A DNA stretch of 64,000 bases. Origin: Daphnia carinata. Lineage: Eukaryota. The translations under genes and the position numbers were made by a program. Numbering within the stretch: position 1 is the first letter of the stretch; the number at the start of each line of letters is the position of its first letter. Below are positions 38,180 through 51,418 of this stretch, piece by piece. A model generated the notes under the pieces. It worked only from the letters and a program-made list of their open reading frames with translations. It ran no database searches and was not told where the DNA came from. The stretch is from contig NC_081333.1 in assembly GCF_022539665.2 (NCBI RefSeq), forward strand, positions 7,688,001 to 7,752,000, read 5' to 3'.

Positions 38180-41100
38180 TAGATGTAGATCACGTTTATG
38201 TTTCACGCCCGGTTAAAATGGGGATGAACGAACTCTCTTCCTTCACATACATTTTTTTGCTGTGTGTCTTAAATAATCATTTCGTGAATAGGAACACACA
38301 CACACACACACACAAACAAAAACGAATTGTAGTAGGTAGAGTTTTTTTTTGTTTTTTTTTTTGTTTTATTATTATTTGCATATTCGGATGCATCATCTAT
38401 TATTCTTGGGTATAGATGGAATGCCGTGATTCAGATTCGAGATTCCCCCCGCTTTGTGTGAGTGGGTGTGTGGGTGTCGGCGCTCTCTTTTATTTTCGAA
38501 CGGAACACGATAAAAAACAAAAGAGTATAGAAATGTTTGATTGCAACAAAAAAAAAAAAAAAAGAAATCTTTTTTTTTTCGGTTGTTGCATAAAAAAACT
38601 TTTTAGTTTTTTGCGTCCACTTTTAGTTACATATTTCAAACATAACTTTTTTTTTTTTTTTGTCTCTGCCAAAAAACTTTGATTTTTGTTCGGGTATTTT
38701 TAAAACTCAAACGCTTTGAGGCATTTAAAAAAATGTTCTGCCAAAACGATGGCGACAAGATCTCTATTGGATTTGCATGCGTAACATTGGAAAGAGAAAA
38801 GTTCATTTTGTTTTTTCCTACATTTTAAAAAGCCGATCGAGTCTTTAGAATAAAAAAAAAAAAAGGGACAAAAATTTGCGTCACGAACTTTTCGGGAACA
38901 CATCCGCGTTCATCCATAGTTACTTCCACTACCACACACTTACAATCTTTCCTCAAGCCGTGGATAGTGAAAGAAAAAAAAAAAGAAGAAGAAGAAGAAG
39001 AAAACGATGAAAAATTCCAGTACGGCTCACACACGTTGCGCTTTTATTTTGCGGTCGATTGCGGCTCTCCCGGTCGCTCACGATGTGTTGGTATTTCTCC
39101 CGAAAAGAAAAAAAAAAATATTCTTTTGATTTCTTTTTCCTTGTGCATTGGACATATAAGGCACCGACTGACTGCCGTGAAATGATAGAAGAAAAAAAAA
39201 AAAAAAAAAAAAAGAATGGAGGGAGAATCAACACAGCGGAAAATATGGAAAACCAGGCCGATGTGGGCGGGCGAGAAAAATGGAAACATATGGAAACGCT
39301 CAATTAGCTGCTCAACTCGGCGTAATATTTTGATATTGAAAAATAAAAAAAATGTGTGTGACATTGAAAATGTAATTTGTTTGAAATATTTAAAATTCTG
39401 TAAATATTTTTTCTTTTTCTTTTTCGCTGGGGGTGGGGGGATAGGTAATTCATTTAAAATCGATTCATCAGAGCGGTTGATTATGAAAAGAAAAGAGCCG
39501 ATGAATCACGAAAAGGCAGGCATTTACTCTGCCCCTCTCGTTCTCCCTTTCTTTTTTATTGCAATAATTCAGTGCGAGACACACACACACACACACACAC
39601 AAAAAAAAAAACAAGGTTTCTGCAAGAAGAAAAAAGACGGTCGGTAAAATATCACGTGAGCAGGTCAAAACACCCATTGAACGAACGTTGGCTGGCAAAC
39701 TGACGTCACATAAAAAAAAAAAAAACGAGACAAACCCTCGAAAAAAAAAAATGGGATTCTCTTTACAAAAAAAAAAAAAAAAAGACAATCTATAGCCACA
39801 CGACGCTGCTAAACGAACTTCGGAACAATTGGCCGTACATGAAGTGTCGGTCACATCCGCACAGGTTTCCAGCCCCCCCCCCCTCCCGTCTTTCTTTTCT
39901 CTCTCAAAAGTTATAAGTTATTGCATCTGTCCAAGTGACCTCTTCCGGTGTGGCCAATTTAGAGGCGTTCCGATTTTTTTTTGGATGGAACTCGAATCCA
40001 CACGACGAAGACAAGGCGGGAGGTAAGAATGGGAACCATAAAAAAAGAAAAGAAACAAACAAAAAAAAAACAAAAAAAAAAAAACGAGAGAAGAGCCGCC
40101 CTTTGTGACGAAATATGGGAACGTTGGAATCGGATTCGCTTCGCGGTCATTCAATTAAGGGCTCGAAACAGAGTAATCAGCGCACTTTCTTTTTATTCAA
40201 CTCAAGAACCAAACCAAAATAATAAATAAAAAATCAGCTCACTTTCTGCTGTGGGAAACATTTTCTTCAATCATAATTGAGAACAACATTTTTTTTTTTT
40301 TTTTTTGTATTTTGCTTTCCTGGTTGCGTAAACTATTGTCGAATCGGATAAGGCAATTTCACGGCAAGGTCACTTTGAAAATTGGATTTCATCATAACGT
40401 TCAAACCGGACCAATTTGAAAAGGAAAAAAAAACTGACGGACAAGGTCAAGACATTCATCAACTAGTGTAAACAAACCATCTCGTGTCCCACACTAACAC
40501 AACAACCCAAAAGTGGAGCAGAAAAATTAGAAAAACGACGTCATTGATTGGCCCACTGTCCGCGTTTCAAATGAGAAAAACCTACTAGCACGTCATCACG
40601 GATCGTGGTGACGTGACCCGTCTGACTGTCTGAATTATATCCACCTGTCACCACGCACTAACACACACACACACACACACCGTGGCATAAACTCGATTCC
40701 CCCCTCCATTTGTTTCTTTTTCTCTTCCTCCCAACAACTGATCGACTGCTGTGCGTAGCGTGCGTTCACTCGTCGTGAGTAGTAAAACACACATCATCAC
40801 ACGTACAGACGCACAAAGTTTTGTTTTCGTGAGTTCAAATTTTGTAGGCAACTGCCAAGCCACACATTTCGTTACGTAAATAAACGAATCGCCCCACTCA
40901 CAACATCAGTATCTTTTTTTATTTTTTTAAACTCCCGCACAAACGTTTTGCCGCTCGGATTGCGCCATCGCGGGGGTTTTTGTTTGTCACTGTGTGTGTG
41001 TGTGTGTGTGTGTGTGTACCTGTGTGCGTTTGTATCAAATAGGCAAATGACTCCCCGCTGAGAGTTGATTCTTTGCCCCCTCCGTTTCATTTCATTTTAC

Positions 41101-41397
41101 ACGCTTGGCTTTTTTTTTCCAAACAGAAAAGAAAAAAAAAACGTTGTGTATACACACGTCTGTATGCGATGCCGACCAAAAGAGAGAGAGAAACGAGAAC
41201 TGTTTTTTTTTTTTTTCCTTACCTCCTCATCTGCATATATTTATGATTAAACTGACCAAGTCGATGACAGATGATGTCTTATCGTAAAAAGACAAGAAAT
41301 GATAATAACATGCGTTCAGACAGACAGTCAGAGAAAAAGAAAAGCAAACCCCCCCCCCTCTCCTGAAAAAAAAAACAAAACAAAAAAAAACTGTGAG

Positions 41398-41431
<34 letters not shown>

Positions 41432-41523
41432 GGGGCTGCTATAATGGTGGATGGATGCGTAGTAGATGCTATTATATGCTCCCGCTGTTGCGCTGGCTGC
41501 TGCCGCTTTTTCGTAGCGTGCAA

Positions 41524-41557
41524 CCAATCAGAAGAAAAGATGGCGGCTCCTTATAAA
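41524..41557 (+). promoter_or_regulatory. Motif cluster CCAAT box / YY1(Pho) site / TATAAA
   Basis: CCAATCAG 41524-41531, AAGATGGCGGC 41537-41547, TATAAA 41552-41557 within 34 bp. Confidence 0.3.
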
Positions 41558-42559
41558 CAACAACAAAAAAATCAAAACACACACACGGAAGAAGAAGAAG
41601 AAAAAAAAAATGGCTTCTCCTTGACGAAGACCGTTGACTGACAGTCGTACAACACGCAAGCGATTATTCTCACAAACACAAGAAGTAATGTATTTAATCT
41701 CGTGCGTATTGGTGGTCGAGCCGATCACCGTCGATCGGCCGAAATCAAACAACGCGCGGAATTCAAAATAAGATTTTTCAAATCAAACAGATGAAAATAA
41801 AATCAAATAAAAATCATTTTTCAGTGGCTTTTATCTAAAAAAACGAAAAAGAAAGAAAATGTTTGGTCGCCATCGTTTGCTACACCCCCCCCCCCCCCCC
41901 TCCCTTCGTTTCACTTCACACGGTTGGGGCGCGGACACAGGATGTCGCGCGAGACTCGGAACGAGGAAAATAGAAGCAACACGGCCAAATAATCGTACTA
42001 TAAAAAAAAAACGGGGGGGGGGGGGGGGAGAAGACAAAAAAAGAAAAGAAAGAAAATAGCCACAACACAAGTCGGGGGGAAAGACGACGTGATTTTTATT
42101 AATTTTTTTTTTCTCTCTCGTTTAATAAATAAAATTTAAAAAAAAGACTCGGCATCAGTACACAGGTGTGTAAGGAAGAGAGGAAAGAAGAAAATAACCT
42201 CCTGCCGTGCGGCAACAGCAACTGGTTACACATTCTCTTCTATACTCTTTTCAACTTTAGATAATAACCTCCTCCCCTTCTTCGTTTCATTCCATTAGAA
42301 AAAAAAAAAAAAAAAAAATTTTTTATAAAGCTAATAACTTTTTGTAAAGAACCCCCCCCCCCCTCCACTCTTTTTATTTTCGTTGTTGTTGTTGTTGCTG
42401 ACGGTAAAAAGGGGGAAAAAAGAAAAGTTCTTGTGTGTGAGATGCAAAGTAGGAGCTTCTCAACTTCCTTATAGAGTCCAACGAAATGAGCTTGATCGGA
42501 AGCTCTTTTAATGAAGTAGCCACAAAAAGAAAATATCATATAAATAATTTTATTTAAGG

Positions 42560-42591
<32 letters not shown>

Positions 42592-44116
42592 AGATGGAAA
42601 ACTTGGTGTGTAACAAAACGTTCGGATTCTTTCGCATATTCTAAATATCATAACAATCAACGTTTCGGCGCCGTCAATTTCAAATTTTTTTTTTTTTTTT
42701 TTTTTATCACTCTCAAGAAGGTGTTCCAGAACAAGCCGACGCTATTCAAATACCTCCATCGTACACGGACTTTCTCTCGATACAAAATAAAAATAGGCCT
42801 TCCAATTGTTGTTTTTATCAAAACATGGGCGCGTTATGTCGGTGTGTGTTTTGGTTCATCAAAAGAAAAACGTTTGTAGTGTCAAAAAAAAAAAAAAAAA
42901 AAAAAAAAAGCCAGGGAGTACTGATTTCTCGTGTAGATAAAATTTGATTAAGTATAAATAGAGTTCATTAAGTCAAACTCCCGCAGAGAAAGGGAAAAAA
43001 AAAATCCTTTTTTTTTTTCTTTCCAGTTTCTATCTAATGTCAGAGGCTTTTGAAATACTGTGTATGTATTTATACTTTAAAATTCAAAAAAAAAAAAATG
43101 TATTCTTTCTTTTAGGGAGATGAGATTCCAGCTCTTGTGTTCGACTTTGGAAAGAAAAGAAAATGTTTGATAACGAGCGGAGCTGACGAAAACTAGGGAC
43201 CCCATTTCCCTCCCCCATTTTCAATGGGATCCTATTGTCCTGTGGTCTCCTTTTTTTTTTTTTTTTTTTTTCCTTCTTCTCCCGACTTGCCTTTTTCTTA
43301 TTCGCTCTCGTTCACGTTATTTTGCCCGCATCACCGTCCCCAAAGTTATCTTACAAAACCAAGAATGGCATGTAACTATTACAACAACAAAACAATGCAA
43401 AGAGAAGGGAGCAACGATCGATACAATTTCTATCCGCACGGTCCGTGTTTTTCCCGCTACAAATCCGCGTTTTGAATGAATTACGAAATCGCTGAAACAC
43501 GGCCATTTTCAGAGGGACACTAGAAGCGTTTTTTTTTTCGCTCACTCAGAGAAGTTCGTAATTGTTATTCGGTAATGGCAGTAGTAGAAGTAGCAGTTAT
43601 TCGGTTTTAAGTGGCCGATTAAAAACCAAAAGGGAGTGAACGGAGGGGGGAGTGAGGAAAGGGGCGCATGAGGAGCCCCGTTCATGATTGCCGGACATAA
43701 AAACCCAATTAACAATCAAAACTATGAAGGAGGAAGAAAAGAAGAAAAACATTTAGACAACCCCACAGTCTATCGACACGCAGACACGGAGAGATACAAC
43801 AGAATTTTACCTCAATTGGATTCGAATTGCATCGAAAGAAAAAAAAAAAAAAAGAAAAAGAAAATAAAATGGGCAGAACCCCCGAAAACGGTCAGCAGGC
43901 GAGAAGCTAATTCATAAAAACGTATGAAAGACGAGCTTGGGCGAGAGAAGAATATTGGTAGAGGGGGAGAGAAAAAGCGAAAAAACAAAAACAAAAAACA
44001 AGTGTGTGTAACAAAAACAAACGGAGAGGAAAAACTCCATCACGCGGCTCAAGTCATTATCTTGTCCCTAAACTTGGCTAATTGCTCTGGCCAGCTGTAA
44101 TTATATATTCCTATAT

Positions 44117-44147
<31 letters not shown>

Positions 44148-44900
44148 TTTGAAAAAAAAAAAGAACTTGTTTTAAAATATAAAAAAAAAAAAAAAAACTT
44201 GCAACAACAACGGACGCTTTTTAATACGTAGGCAGTGTACATCGAGATACGTCTACTGTGAGTGGAACCTATCCCCCCCCCCCCCCCCCCCAAAAAAAAA
44301 AAAAATTTGTTATTTCATACGAAAGGGAAACGAAAAAAAAAAAAAAAAAAAACTTTATTTAATCATTTTTCGTTCAAGTTTTTGTTGTGTTGCACGCGCC
44401 CAGAAGAGAGATAGATAACTGGTCTCGTAGATTAGTTATTGGGCAGTTCCTGCCAAACACGAAATGTTATTTTCCAGCAAAACTGGCTCAAGATGGACAG
44501 ACAACGTAGACAGCCAACCTTTATAATAATAATCATAGCAACCCCAACAACGAACGAAAGAAAGAAAGAAAAAATGTTTCGTTCCATCTTCTCCAGGTTC
44601 AACTGAAATTAATAGAATAAAACGAATGTCGTCTTTTTGGCTCGACTCATTTTTTTTTTTTTTTTTTTTTGCCCGTCTTCGCCCGTCATGACCGAGTGGT
44701 TCCGATTCCTCCCCTTTTTTTTCTCCTTCCTCACAGATTTGTTTTTTTTCTTTTCTTCTTATATAACACGACACACCCAAGGAATTTAATTGGTGGGACG
44801 GCATGAGACAAAAAGATTTCAAAAGAAAAAAAAAATGCAATCAAGATGATTAGCTAACCGGTTAGACGAAATAAAAGTTCATTCACTTGTGGTTTGAACC

Positions 44901-44939
<39 letters not shown>

Positions 44940-47900
44940 GTCTTTTGATGGATGAACTTGATATTTCAACCTGATGATAATGATGATGATATTGTTTTGA
45001 AGTTTTTAGAGATAAGACTCTTATCGTTCCATCTTCTCTCTCTCCCCCATTCCACATGGAGAATCAAGCGGGCAAAAAAAAAAAAAAAAAAAAAGAGAAG
45101 GGAGGGATCCGGAAAAGCTCCTGCTGTTGCTGTGTCTATATTAAGATTTCGAAATTGCTATTGACCTACGAGCAGTTTGAATCTCTTGTGTCAACATTAG
45201 AAAAAGAACATGCAAGTCCTCCGCCACCCCACCCATTTTTTCTATTACAGACAGAATGCACATGTCGTATTGACAAACAAATGTAATAATCATAATAAAA
45301 AAAAAAAGGGTAAAATGGTAAACAGTGTCTCCTTGTTTTGTTTTTTTCCCTCCCCCTCCCAATAGCTTCCAGGTATCGTATGTTAGGGAGTACGCTGAAC
45401 CGAAACAACAAAAAAAAAAAAAAAAAAAAACGGGAAAAATAGTAACGACAGCCAATCCCAATGGCTAAAGGGCTTAAAATGCGCCATCCGTGAAAGCATT
45501 AGAAATGAGCAATGTCTCTGGTAAAACAGTAAACAAGAGGATTTGTCGATGCGTCTTTCCTCCCCCCCCCCCACCCGACATCAGATTTCGTATTTTTTTA
45601 TTCGATATGATTTGATACCAACTCCTGCGATTTCAATCATCTCGGTAGGTTGTAAGGCAAACAATAACGTTCGAGTGTAATATCTGGCCCATGTTGTTTT
45701 TCACGGCGAACGTCTGACGCAACAGCGATCCAATTTTCAATCAATTCATTTCAACCTCCGACAACAACAAGAACAGAAATCATAATAAAAAATGGGGAAA
45801 AAAAATAAAGCCGAATGATAATAACAGTAATTATTAACACTGAGCTGAGGCAAATCAATCCCGAAAAATGGAAAATAAAAAGAGGTAATCCAGTTGGTGC
45901 AGAGACATTATATGCGTATAGTCTGTTCCATACATAATTACTCGACTACATTTGAATAATTCGATGAAAAATGAAATCCACACCGTCATTATTGAAATTT
46001 CTTCTATTTTTACAAGATTTCTTTCCTTCTTCTTTTCAGATGTTGGATGAAATAAATCTGGTTTACTTCTTTTTACCACCTTTTTAACATAGTCCCCGGC
46101 CCCATTGCAAATGATATGGTGGGTAGCGTGGTGAGGTCGCCCCATTCTATTCCCCCCCCCCCCCTCCTTTTTTTTTCTTTTGATTGAACGGGCACAAAAT
46201 ATAAACCGGCCATGGCTTTATTTCCCGTTTGAACCGTCTCAGGTGTTCGAGAAGCAAAGAGAGTTCGCTTTGGCGTCCCAACCCATCGGCCCCGAAAAAA
46301 AATAAGGGGAAATAATCATCTCATTAAAAATTTGCATATTAGATTGCTTCAGACTCTCTCTCGTACAAAAAAGAGAAAAAAAAAGAGGAACAGAAAAGAA
46401 AACAAGGTACACACGATCAGGTTGAATCAAGTAGGACTCCAAACAATCAGGTGGACCAGAGAGGCGGAGGAGGATGTGGAGCACACGTGAGTCCCTCCTC
46501 TTTACACACACACACACACACACACAAAAAAAAAGAAAATCATCGCAATGCACACGGGACTTGATTGTTGCGTGAGCGTGATGACGATGATGAGTGCGGC
46601 TTTCATCATTCGTCTTTTCGTTTTTATTTTTTCGTTCTTGTTTAAAGAAAAAAAAATAGAGAACATTTGATGATTATTTTCGATTCTTTTTCTTTTTCCT
46701 ACCTCGAACGTATGTATCTTTCGCTTATCTATTTACATTTCACGTTGTTTTCTTAAGCCTTAATCTCTTGACATCATCCGTGATGACAACAAGGTACTCG
46801 GCTCGGGTGGGCGGAGTATTAGCCGTCGGGGCATACAAAAACAAACGTCCACCGTTTGTAGATTATTTTTTTTTTTTAAGGGAAAAAGAGAACTAGAATC
46901 TCAAATACGTGTGTTAAACAGATTGTTTTTTGTTTTCAATCAGAAAAAAAAAAAAAATGAATCCCCCACGTATGCCTTTCCCGAGCCTACGGTTTTTTCA
47001 AAATGCATCACATTATCACGAAAATAATAACAATAAAAACAAAAGGCAGTAGCCATCACAGTCTTCTCTCTCTCTCTCTCTCTCTTCTTTTTATTATTTT
47101 TCTTTTAAAAAGGGGTTGAATAATGTCTTTTGGAAAAGAGAGAAAAGATCAGAGGAAAAGCAGCCGAGAAAAATCGGTGGGAAACGAGTGTTGATTGAAC
47201 ACCCGAAAATGTTTTATTCACGAAGCGGCATCGGGAATTAAAAAAAAACAAAAAACACCCGAACGAATAGTGTAGGTAAAAAGAAATTTTTCTTTGTCTC
47301 TCTCTCTCTCGTGTGTTTCATCAGCGTCTCTTTAGCAAGTTGAAACGCTTTACCGACAATTTTCTGGACGACGTGAACCTTTTGCTTTCGGGGGTCCCTT
47401 TTGACGGAGACGCCAATACGCGCCAACCCACACGAAGCTGATGGGGAGGGAAAAAAAAAGAAGAAAGCACAGCAGGTGCTTTCGTAATTAAGATTGTGCT
47501 GTGTGTCCTCTTTCCCACACACCTTCTGTATTCCCAATGAGACAAGAAGATCCTCCACGTTGGGGCTAAGTGCGAATCCATTAACCAATAAGAAAGGGCT
47601 CGATCGCTCAACTCATCGCGTTTTGTCGCACACGTTGCCGAATTGTTTTTCATCAATCAAAAACAAAAAACAAAAAACAAAAAACAAAAAAAAAAAAAAA
47701 ATAATATGAAAAACTAAAATTTAAAAATTCATCAGCAACTTGCAAGTTAATCACCCCCCAAAAAAATTCGTAAACAAAAAAAAAAAAAATGATTTTTCAT
47801 TCCAATTTTCAATCAAATAAAAAGACGTTTCTCTCCGTTTTTTTTTAAATATTCGAAAAGAAGAAGAGGAAGAATAATAACAGTAATCAAGGCGGAATCG

Positions 47901-50900
47901 GGCAGAGAAGAGAATTGTCGATGGTTTTTACTTCGACTGCCGCCGTTGCAGCCAACGAGCGCCGCCAGTCTTAATCTAATGAATAATGCAGTGCGTAATA
48001 CAGCAGAAGAAATGGCTGTCTCTCCATATATGGTCAATATGTAATCACACACGCGCACATAAAGAAAATACACCAAACATGATTTCTCTTCCTTCTTCTT
48101 CTTCTTCTTCGACTTGTCTAACCAAATTCTATACAGTTGCGAGCGCCGAAATGATCGAAAGCCTATGCCCACCCTCAGTTGGATCATTAAAAAGCATCGA
48201 CCCTTTGACGACCTTAACGAATAAAAATGTTCTGCTTCAATTGGCGCTATGATAATAAGCTTCTCCCCCATTTAACATTGAAAAAGAAAAAGAAAACGTT
48301 TCTCTCTCTCTCCCCCCCCCCCCTCTTTTTATTTTGTTTACATTTTGAAGGGGTTTATTAGCAGACAACAATAACGATGGACGCTTGAGCACGAACTCTG
48401 ACCTTTGAAATTAAGGGCAACAACAACAACAACAAAAAGTGAAGTGGCGTGTATATATAGTCAACAGAAAGGGGAAATCATTCAGTCGTCTGATGCGCTG
48501 TAGCGCTTAATTAGTCCCGGCTATTATTTGATGAATCCACAAGTGCTCAAGACTGCGCCCAAACTGTGAAGTACATGGACGAGTAGGATAGACGCGCACA
48601 CACACACACACATACACGCATATATTAAATACGTACATACATACACGCCATGCATAGACAGGGGGGGGGCTGAAAACTCGGTTGAAAATGGCAAGCAGCA
48701 AAGAGCTCCGTGAACTCCCCCCCCCCATCCCCCGTTGTTGTGAACAAACAGCGCGCCATCCGCGAGTAATTAGCTCTCTTGCCAAAAACCCTTCAGAGTT
48801 CCCCAAACTCTCCTTCTCCTCCTCCTCCCCCCCCCACGTATTTTTTTTTTCTTTTACTACTCCGCAACATCCATATATATATATCTGTGCCCTATGCACG
48901 CGTAGCCCATTTCTAGCTTACATGTTTAAATGATTTAAGGTTCATCTGATTGCACCACCGCATATAGATCGGAAAAGTGAAAAGAAGCACGTGCCCTTCT
49001 GTAACATCGTCAAACCATCTTCTCTCTTTTTTTTTCCCTTACACACACTGGGAGGGGGGAGGAGATGAATAGAGCAGAAAGAAAAAAAAAACAATGCGAT
49101 ATTGTGAGTTGTTGTCATGGGAACATGAAAGATCGTTCGCTAAACCCGCCAATCCCGACTCCCGCAGTGGGAGGAGTCAACGAGTCCGCATTGAACCCCG
49201 CACACGCTACTGAACGCGGGCAATAATACCCCGATGCTGTATAGTGTTAAAAAAAAAAAAAGGATGGAGGGAAACGAAATTCGCGTGGGAAGTTGAACAG
49301 CAGAGTTAACAATGCCGTTCGTCACATGTTTCCCTATTCATAATGTCCTAACATATTTTTCAGATGGGCTCCCTTTGACGTCGAAATGCACTTTGACCGG
49401 GGATGGCGAATGTAACATGGCTCCCTCTACTCTCTTTTATTTCAAAACAAAAAAAAACTTGTTTGAAAACAAGAAAAGAAAAATTCAAACGAAAAAAAAA
49501 AAAAATGAAATGGTGGGGTAAAAGTAAAAAAAAAAAAAAAAAAAAAAGAAGATGGCTAATAGCTAATGGAGAAGTTGCATGTCGGAGCACTCCCTTCTTC
49601 CCCTAGCTGCTACTACAACTACTACCTCTTTTGCATAGAATGCTATTGTTGTTATATATATATATATATATATATATATCTATTCGACTACTTTTTTTTT
49701 CCTTCTTCTCAAAAAGACGTTGTAGTGTTTGCACCGCTCACATTTTCAGTTTGTTGTTCTTTTTTTTTTTTTTTTTTTTTCTATTGGAGAGCCAAACGTC
49801 CTCGGTGAGGAGCAACAAACACGAAGTCGTTCATATCCACAGGTCTAAATTCATTTTTAATTGACTTGGCTGGCAGCGCACACAGCCCGCGCTCTTCATC
49901 ACGTGCGATGGACCCCCCTCTCATCTTCTTTTTTTTTTTTTTTTTTTTGTTTCATAGACAACAACATATGGACCACATCAGAGAAGGGCTGATGGGAAGC
50001 AACACGAATAGACGCCAAAGAAGAAGAGGCAAAGGGGGCAGGACGGACACGCCGGACAGAGAGAAGAGTATTCCATCACATTCAAGTCAAAAGAACGCCT
50101 ATCTCCACCCCATCGATACATTTTCTTGTGTGTCGAGATGTTTATGTATAGCTGCCGTGCTCTTCGAAAATAAAAGAAAAATCTCTCTCTCCTTCTCGGC
50201 GGTCAATCAACTCCGCGAAATCATCAGACTCCTCATCTCTTTTTCTAACAGAGAGCGAAGAAAAAAAAAATCTCAATTATAAATACATATATAATATATA
50301 GTCCGGAGAAATAAATAAGAGTTGGAATACAACCAAGAAAAAACAAAAATGTGAGGAAATGAGTTCACAGTCAACAGGTTTTTTTCCCCCCTTGTAACAA
50401 TAAGGAAATCATCATCAAATTGCAAGCGCATTCAATGATGATAATCATCTCTAGACTATCAAAAATAAGAATTGAAATCAAAATTCACAAGGACGTGATT
50501 ATGCAATGTTTTTTTTTTTTTAAACCGACAAGTGAACGATATGATCGATGATGGGGTCAAGTGTTATCGGTGTGTTAAAGTCAATCTTTCCTTAAAAGAT
50601 GGCGGATCCCTTCATTCCTAAACGGACTTTTGGCTTTTAGTTTTTTTTTTGTTTTTTTTTTAAAGAAAATGTCGGGTTGATGTCTACGCGGACCAAAGTG
50701 AATAATTTGTCCGAAGCAAAACAATAGAGATGAAAAGATACGGGGTGGGAAATCGATCCCAGTGCGGGTGAAAAAACAAAACAATAAAGATAAAAATCGG
50801 CTTTAGAAATACAAGAAAAAAATGTTTCTACCGAAATTCTTTTTGGATAGAAACATTTCTGGGAAATGCATCTCCATTCGTCCCACTTTGTTCTCGGAAA

Positions 50901-51387
50901 AAAAAATGTTAATTTTGCTTTTCATTATCATCAGCATATTTCATGATGAGCCGACATGATTTACGGACTACGACACTCTGCTTCAACAAAAAAAAACTCC
51001 CCTTTCGTATTTTCCTAAAGTAAGAACAACAACGACTACAAAAATTATTTACATTTCCTGTTGTTGCTAAAACAAAAATCTTCAAACTTTTCATGATTTA
51101 GTGATTTAGGCCGTCCGTAAATCAAGATGACGACTCTGTTCAACGAGGGATGAAAAGGGGACTGGACACAAGAGGCCTGCGGTTCAACACACACACGAAC
51201 ACACACCCAGTTAGCACAACATGAACCAAGTGTGTCCAGTCCGTTTTTCATTACTGTAGACAGAGCTACTGCCAATTCAAAAGTCTCGGGTGCCGAGCTG
51301 ACTTGCCGTGTTTATAATAATAACAATAATAGGACGAATGTAAGAAAACAAAAGAATTCAATTTTGATTTTGATTATTATTATTATT

Positions 51388-51418
<31 letters not shown>

